From IMG/VR virus record IMGVR_UViG_3300043932_000317, positions 1 to 32,243 of that record: 32,243 nt of DNA; one strand, given 5' to 3'. The position numbers were made by a program, and so were the translations under genes. Positions 27,943-32,243 of the stretch are shown in pieces. Position 1 is the first letter of the stretch, and the number at the start of each line of letters is the position of its first letter. The stretch comes from a virus. Taxonomy: Duplodnaviria; Caudoviricetes. The notes beneath the pieces are model-generated. The model made no database searches. It worked only from the letters and a program-made list of their open reading frames with translations, and was not told the DNA's origin.

Positions 27943-28446
27943 ATGGAAACTTTTAAACAAATTACTGATGTCTTTAACTGGCTGGAAAGTACTGGTATTC
28001 TTGCGGCACTCGTTGCCTTGATTATCGTTGTCGTAAAGCAAGTGCAACCATATTTAAAATTGCACATCAAAAATAAGCAGTTTAATCAAGTCGTTCAATT
28101 TGCACTTACCACTGTTACCAAGTTCGCCACTCTTGAAGGTCTTTCTAAGTCCGACCGTAAAAAGGCAGCCGACAAAGATGTAGCTGATTTTGCGGCACAA
28201 CTTGGTTTCTCATGGGTAACGCCTGAAATTGTGGACTCGATTGTTGAATCAGCTTATCAACAATTTAAGAAGTTAGGTTATGACAACCATCAACCCGAAA
28301 CAACGCCTGAACCAACTGCACCAGTGCAAACACCGGCAAGCTCTGCTTCAGCAGTCGCACAAGTATCTGCACCAAAGCCTGAAAGTTCAGCAGAACCCGC
28401 TTCTGCGACACCGAAAATTGTAGAAAAGAGTGATGCAAATGCCTAA
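27943..28446 (+). CDS. Holin, LL-H-like
   Basis: One N-terminal TM, 'DRKKAA...DSIVESAYQQFK'; directly before endolysin; P/A/S-rich tail. Confidence 0.8.
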   Translation: METFKQITDVFNWLESTGILAALVALIIVVVKQVQPYLKLHIKNKQFNQVVQFALTTVTKFATLEGLSKSDRKKAADKDVADFAAQLGFSWVTPEIVDSIVESAYQQFKKLGYDNHQPETTPEPTAPVQTPASSASAVAQVSAPKPESSAEPASATPKIVEKSDANA

Positions 28447-29254
28447 ACTCGGAATTGATGTATCGAGCTATCAAGGTAGCTCGGTTAGCTATTTTCAGAA
28501 TTTTAAAAAGTTAGGCGCTGACTTTGCGGTGGTTAAATTAACCGAGGGCACCAATTATTTGAATCCGAAAGCAAATGCACAAGTTACCAATTCATTAAAA
28601 GTATTTGGTTCGGTAAGTGTCTATCATTTCTTTCACGGCTACGGAACGTCTGAGGCTAAATACTTTCTTGCGTGGGTTAAGAAGTTTGGACTGGATAAAT
28701 CTACCGTTTTAGTGATTGATGTTGAAGCGCCTGGACTGCCATACAACACGACACCGCAAGTTAATGCTTTCTTGCGCTATCTAATTAATGCCGGATATAA
28801 AAACGTTGTAACTTATGGATCAGGCTCATGGTTTAATTCTGGTCGAATTAAGCGTTCGGAATTGGTCGACAAGCATATTTGGGTGGCATCTTACGGAACT
28901 TCTCAGCCGGGGGTAGATAACGCAAACAGCTGGCAGTTTAGCGATAACTGGCACGGAGTCGACGCTAGTTATGACTTTGATGGCTCGCTATCAGGCAGCA
29001 AGACAAGTGATAAAGCGAGTTACTATCAATCAAAAAAACTTGGCTTGTATGAAGTTACAGCGCCAAAGCTCTTTGTATATAAGCGTAAGAATTTTGGTAA
29101 ACTTACTCAAAGTGATCAACTTTATGCTAAGGGTTCGCGCATTTGGGCGTATGCAGTTAAGTATGGTAAAATCACACACTTGAAACTGAAGTACGCAAAT
29201 GGTTATATCTCAAGCAATTCGGCATACGTAAAAAGAATCTACTTGAAAAAATAA
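28439..29254 (+). CDS. GH25 muramidase endolysin with basic C-terminal wall-binding domain
   Basis: GIDVSSYQ, KLTEGTNY.NP, YHF, DVE, WVASYG, WQFSD. Confidence 0.95.
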   Translation: MPKLGIDVSSYQGSSVSYFQNFKKLGADFAVVKLTEGTNYLNPKANAQVTNSLKVFGSVSVYHFFHGYGTSEAKYFLAWVKKFGLDKSTVLVIDVEAPGLPYNTTPQVNAFLRYLINAGYKNVVTYGSGSWFNSGRIKRSELVDKHIWVASYGTSQPGVDNANSWQFSDNWHGVDASYDFDGSLSGSKTSDKASYYQSKKLGLYEVTAPKLFVYKRKNFGKLTQSDQLYAKGSRIWAYAVKYGKITHLKLKYANGYISSNSAYVKRIYLKK

Positions 29255-29256
29255 CC

Positions 29257-29290
29257 AAAAGATCCTATCCTTTATTCAAGGACAGGATCT
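29257..29290 (-). terminator. Hairpin with T4 on minus strand; likely end of peptide mRNA
   Basis: AGATCCTaTCCTT/AAGGAcAGGATCT; A4 at 29257-29260. Confidence 0.6.
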
Positions 29291-29351
29291 ACATATTTAG
29301 CCCTTTTGCGTTAAGCTGCTTGCCGCTGATACTCGTAAGCTAAGTATATGG

Positions 29352-29465
29352 TTACCTGCGGTGTTTAGCATTAATAATCTTGTCAGCTAGTACAGCAATG
29401 AGAACACCACTTACTACCTGGCAAAGAAAATTAGAAACAACACCTACAAGACTAGAGATTAACAT
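29352..29465 (-). CDS. Putative type I toxin, 37 aa MLISSLVGVVSNFLCQVVSGVLIAVLADKIINAKHRR (not in ORF track)
   Basis: RBS AGAAGTGAT, hydrophobic core plus basic tail; candidate promoter TTAAAC-17-TAAACT with extended TG (~29557-29529). Confidence 0.72.
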   Translation of the reverse strand: MLISSLVGVVSNFLCQVVSGVLIAVLADKIINAKHRR

Positions 29466-29575
29466 GAAGCATCACTTCTTTTGGTAACGTAATTAGCATT
29501 TGGCTGGAATGCGTGTTACCATTTACCAGTTTAGCATGTATCAATATGAAGTTTAATACTTTTAACCATTTATTC

Positions 29576-29604
29576 TTTACTAATTGTATTACATCAATTA
29601 CACT
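29576..29604 (+). promoter_or_regulatory. SigA-type promoter TTTACT-17-TACACT
   Basis: Near-consensus hexamers with 17-bp spacer; predicted start ~29611. Confidence 0.6.
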
Positions 29605-29610
29605 ATGAAT

Positions 29611-29771
29611 AGAGATTGACATGGAGTAGTAACTTCATTCTGGTTTTAGCTTGCCAGAGACACTAGCTTGGCCGCTAGTATCTGCCATTTTGTTTTAGCT
29701 CCTTTCTTGCCTTGGTTAGCAAGAAGGGCTACATATTTAAGCCCACCTCGTTAATTCGGGGTGGGCTTTTT
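29611..29771 (+). ncRNA. Putative antitoxin sRNA (~160 nt)
   Basis: 5' end complementary to start codon/RBS of the 37-aa ORF; three hairpins; ends at intrinsic terminator. Confidence 0.65.
29739..29771 (+). terminator. Intrinsic terminator
   Basis: AAGCCCACCTCG-ttaatt-CGGGGTGGGCTT then T run. Confidence 0.85.
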
Positions 29772-29795
29772 GCTTTTTCACAAGGAAAGAGAATT

Positions 29796-29930
29796 TCACA
29801 AATTGGTCCCACAAAATCTCCCACAGACTTGTGGTAAGTAGTGATTAAAAATTAAAAATGCATACTTTGTTTGGCTATACGTAAGGATAATAAAACTTAA
29901 TAAAATGGTATTGCAAATCCTTTCGATGTT
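29796..29930. other. Probable attR region (arm-type repeats plus junction)
   Basis: TCCCACA twice at 12-bp period (29807, 29819), related TCACAAA and inverted TGTGG; AT-rich spacer; host-like frame begins after TAA 29901. Confidence 0.5.
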
Positions 29931-30332
29931 GTGCCTAATTTGGCCTACGTCTTTATTTTCACAATGTGGAGTGTTTCGTTTGAAATTCTGGTGAGGGAGT
30001 TATTGAAGATTCACCGGCCGGATTCGAAATTGGCTCGGGTGCTTCGGCATGATCGTCGGTCTCTCTATTCAGATGTGATTAACGTGTTAATTTTTATTGG
30101 CGTTTTCTTTGTGCCGATCATCGGGTTGATTGGTCGCTTCTTTGTGACGGCACTTTGGGTATTCCCATATCGAATTCCGGCAGGGGTTCCCAAGGCAGAA
30201 GTAAAGCAGGGAGAAACACCGAATATTGATGAGAAGCGTGTGCAGGAACGACAACAGTTGGTTAAGGGGGGAATTGCCGTAGAAAAGCCAAAGAAAAAGC
30301 ACAAACGATTTTTCTTAAGACCTCGAAAATAA
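29904..30332 (+). CDS. Host membrane protein, probably 5'-truncated by prophage insertion
   Basis: Frame open from 29904, no RBS before GTG 29931; TM segments, basic tail, terminator follows. Confidence 0.55.
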   Translation, partial: NGIANPFDVVPNLAYVFIFTMWSVSFEILVRELLKIHRPDSKLARVLRHDRRSLYSDVINVLIFIGVFFVPIIGLIGRFFVTALWVFPYRIPAGVPKAEVKQGETPNIDEKRVQERQQLVKGGIAVEKPKKKHKRFFLRPRK

Positions 30333-30380
30333 AAAAATGACGTGCAGTCGTATTGAATCATACGACTAGACGTCATTTTT
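30332..30380. terminator. Bidirectional terminator between convergent host genes
   Basis: A-run-TGACGT..AGTCGTA/TACGACT.ACGTCA-T-run. Confidence 0.85.
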
Positions 30381-30827
30381 TTAATTTTGATTGTCACTTT
30401 TATCCTTAAGATAGCGGGCACTGATTAGCAATTCTTTTGAACGCTGATCTGCAGGCGCATACCCCAGCTTAAACAGATGTTTAAAGTACATCATGTTGTA
30501 AATAAGCATCCAGATAACGCCGAGAAAATATTCACCGGTATAAAAGGTAATGCTGAGCGGTTGAACCAGATACATTGATAATCCCATACCGACAATGACT
30601 TCAACGCCCAGCATACAGAAGAAATTATACCAATCGGATCGAAAGACCGGTACCAGGATTTGGAAGAAGAGTGCCGTGAATGAAAGGCCAACCTTTGCAA
30701 TCCTGATCTGACCGGTTTCTTTGTTAACGACCGTCGCAAAGTTAGGCGGGATTGGAATTAAATTCCGTGGGTCATTATCGTTATTGTCATTGTTATCATT
30801 ATTACCATTCCCGAATGGATTTTGCAT
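30381..30827 (-). CDS. Membrane protein, DUF2628-like
   Basis: N.ETGQIR.AKVG.S.TALFF...P.FR.DW...YN.MY.KHL.K.GY.PAD; RBS AAGGGAG. Confidence 0.75.
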   Translation of the reverse strand: MQNPFGNGNNDNNDNNDNDPRNLIPIPPNFATVVNKETGQIRIAKVGLSFTALFFQILVPVFRSDWYNFFCMLGVEVIVGMGLSMYLVQPLSITFYTGEYFLGVIWMLIYNMMYFKHLFKLGYAPADQRSKELLISARYLKDKSDNQN

Positions 30828-30860
30828 GGTAGTCTCCCTTCTTAATGGTGTTTCAAAAGG

Positions 30861-32243
30861 TTATTTCTTTTTAAATTTGACAACACATTCGCATCGTGAT
30901 GTTTGCGGCATTAAATCAACAGATTGAATGTATTCGACATTATACTTCCGAGTTAATTTTACTAGATCTCGCGCCAAAGTCGAAGGATTACATGAAATAT
31001 ACACGAACTTTTTAGGCGTAATATCCAGAATGGTATCAACTAGAGAATCTGCCAATCCGGTTCGTGGCGGATCAACAATCATTGCGGTTGGGTTCCAACC
31101 ATCTTCAATCCAAAGGGGCAGTAACTTCTCAGCTTCACCGACTTCATAAAGTGCATTGACAATCCCATTCTTAATGGCGTTGGCATTTGCATCATCAACG
31201 GCATCTTTAATGGTGTCCATGCCACGAACTTCACGAACCTGACGGGCAACCGAGAGGCCAATTGTACCAACCCCGGAATAGGCATCGACTAATTTCTCCT
31301 TACCAGAGAGCTCCAATGCTTTAAAAGCCTCTTGATAAAGGACAGCTGTCATTTCAGGATTGACTTGTAGAAAGGCCCTTGCGGATAGATCGAAAGATAA
31401 ATTGTTTAGAACCTCGGTAATTTTATCCTTGCCGGCCAAATGAATGGTTTCTTCACCCCAAACCAGGGATGTTTTACCTGGATTAACGTTTTGCATGACC
31501 GATACAACTTCTGGCAGATCGTGATCAATGCGTTCAAGCAATTGATGCTTTTTAAGTAATTTTTTGCTCTGCGTAATGAATGTGACCTGTGCTTCATCAG
31601 TTGCAGTGGCGGCACGAACAACGACCGTTTTGATAATTCCGGCGTTTTTTTCTTCATCATAAACCGGAATTCCCAAGTCGTCGATCATCTCAACAACGGC
31701 ACGCATGACTTTCATCGTGAGCGGGTACTGTAAAGCGGACGTCTTTAAATCAACTACAGTGTGACTGCGATGCTTGTACAACCCGGCAATCACCTTTTGA
31801 CCATCGCTTCTGATTTGAAAAGTGGCCTTGTTTCGATAGTGGGTTGGATCATCCATCCCGATTGTCGGTAATAATTTGTATTTTCGATAGCCTGCTGGCT
31901 TGTATTTTTCCAGTGAGTCTTTAATGACATCACGTTTAAATTCGAGTTGTTTTGGATATGCCAGATTTTCTAATTCAAAACCGCCGACTTCATTGGCATA
32001 ATCATCGACTGGCTGAACACGATCTTCACTTTTTCTTAGAATTTCGATTAAGTCTGCTCGAATAAAATTGTTTAAATCTTCAGTGACTTCAACAACGACT
32101 TTTTCAGTAGGAAGTGCACCCGGCACGAAGACCAGCTTATGTTCATAATAGCCGATTCCCTCACCGTTGATGCCCAGCCGTTTAATTGTTAATTTTAATT
32201 GTTCACCTTGTTCAACGTGAACCTGTGGTTTGTTAGTATACAT
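30861..32243 (-). CDS. rlmD: 23S rRNA (uracil-C5)-methyltransferase RlmD/RumA family
   Basis: TRAM domain, AFLQVN, DAYSGVGTIG, VDPPRTG, YISCNPSTLARD, DLMPQT. Confidence 0.95.
   Translation of the reverse strand: MYTNKPQVHVEQGEQLKLTIKRLGINGEGIGYYEHKLVFVPGALPTEKVVVEVTEDLNNFIRADLIEILRKSEDRVQPVDDYANEVGGFELENLAYPKQLEFKRDVIKDSLEKYKPAGYRKYKLLPTIGMDDPTHYRNKATFQIRSDGQKVIAGLYKHRSHTVVDLKTSALQYPLTMKVMRAVVEMIDDLGIPVYDEEKNAGIIKTVVVRAATATDEAQVTFITQSKKLLKKHQLLERIDHDLPEVVSVMQNVNPGKTSLVWGEETIHLAGKDKITEVLNNLSFDLSARAFLQVNPEMTAVLYQEAFKALELSGKEKLVDAYSGVGTIGLSVARQVREVRGMDTIKDAVDDANANAIKNGIVNALYEVGEAEKLLPLWIEDGWNPTAMIVDPPRTGLADSLVDTILDITPKKFVYISCNPSTLARDLVKLTRKYNVEYIQSVDLMPQTSRCECVVKFKKK

Larger units (their letters stand above)
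1..29930 (+). mobile_element. Prophage (right part), contractile-tailed temperate phage, possibly defective
   Basis: Co-oriented late regulator, packaging, head, sheath/tube, baseplate and lysis genes; host-type genes begin after ~29.93 kb. Left end lies outside the window. Confidence 0.96.

Noticed and set aside
30065-30421. Minus-strand ORFs overlapping the host membrane gene
   Set aside because: Shadow frames; the longer one crosses the bidirectional terminator.
30772-30810. Asn/Asp coding microrepeat in host gene
   Set aside because: Ordinary low-complexity N-terminus.

Overview
Right-hand ~29.9 kb of a temperate, contractile-tailed (myovirus-type) prophage of a lactobacillus-like Firmicute, followed by ~2.3 kb of host chromosome. 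Order on +: DUF1064- and YopX-like genes, small ORFs, ArpU-family late activator with 11-bp-period repeats, a structured non-coding leader with two tRNA-like modules, a DUF2829/Tad2-like gene, TerS/TerL, portal, minor head, scaffold, capsid, neck, sheath, tube, tail chaperone (probable +1 frameshift), tape measure with NlpC/P60 and lysozyme-like domains, baseplate, fibre, and a four-gene lysis cassette ending in a GH25 endolysin. A probable attR (~29.8-29.93 kb) precedes a possibly truncated membrane gene, a DUF2628-like gene and rlmD. The portal has an in-frame amber stop and the LysM tail gene a 1-nt frameshift, so the phage may be defective. Best candidate for a new system: between lysin and attR, an unannotated 37-aa hydrophobic peptide gene (- strand) and a divergent ~160-nt sRNA (+ strand) whose 5' end is complementary, through G.U-compatible substitutions, to the peptide's start codon and RBS, i.e. 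a putative type I toxin-antitoxin pair. Family assignments come from motif recognition and synteny, not database searches.
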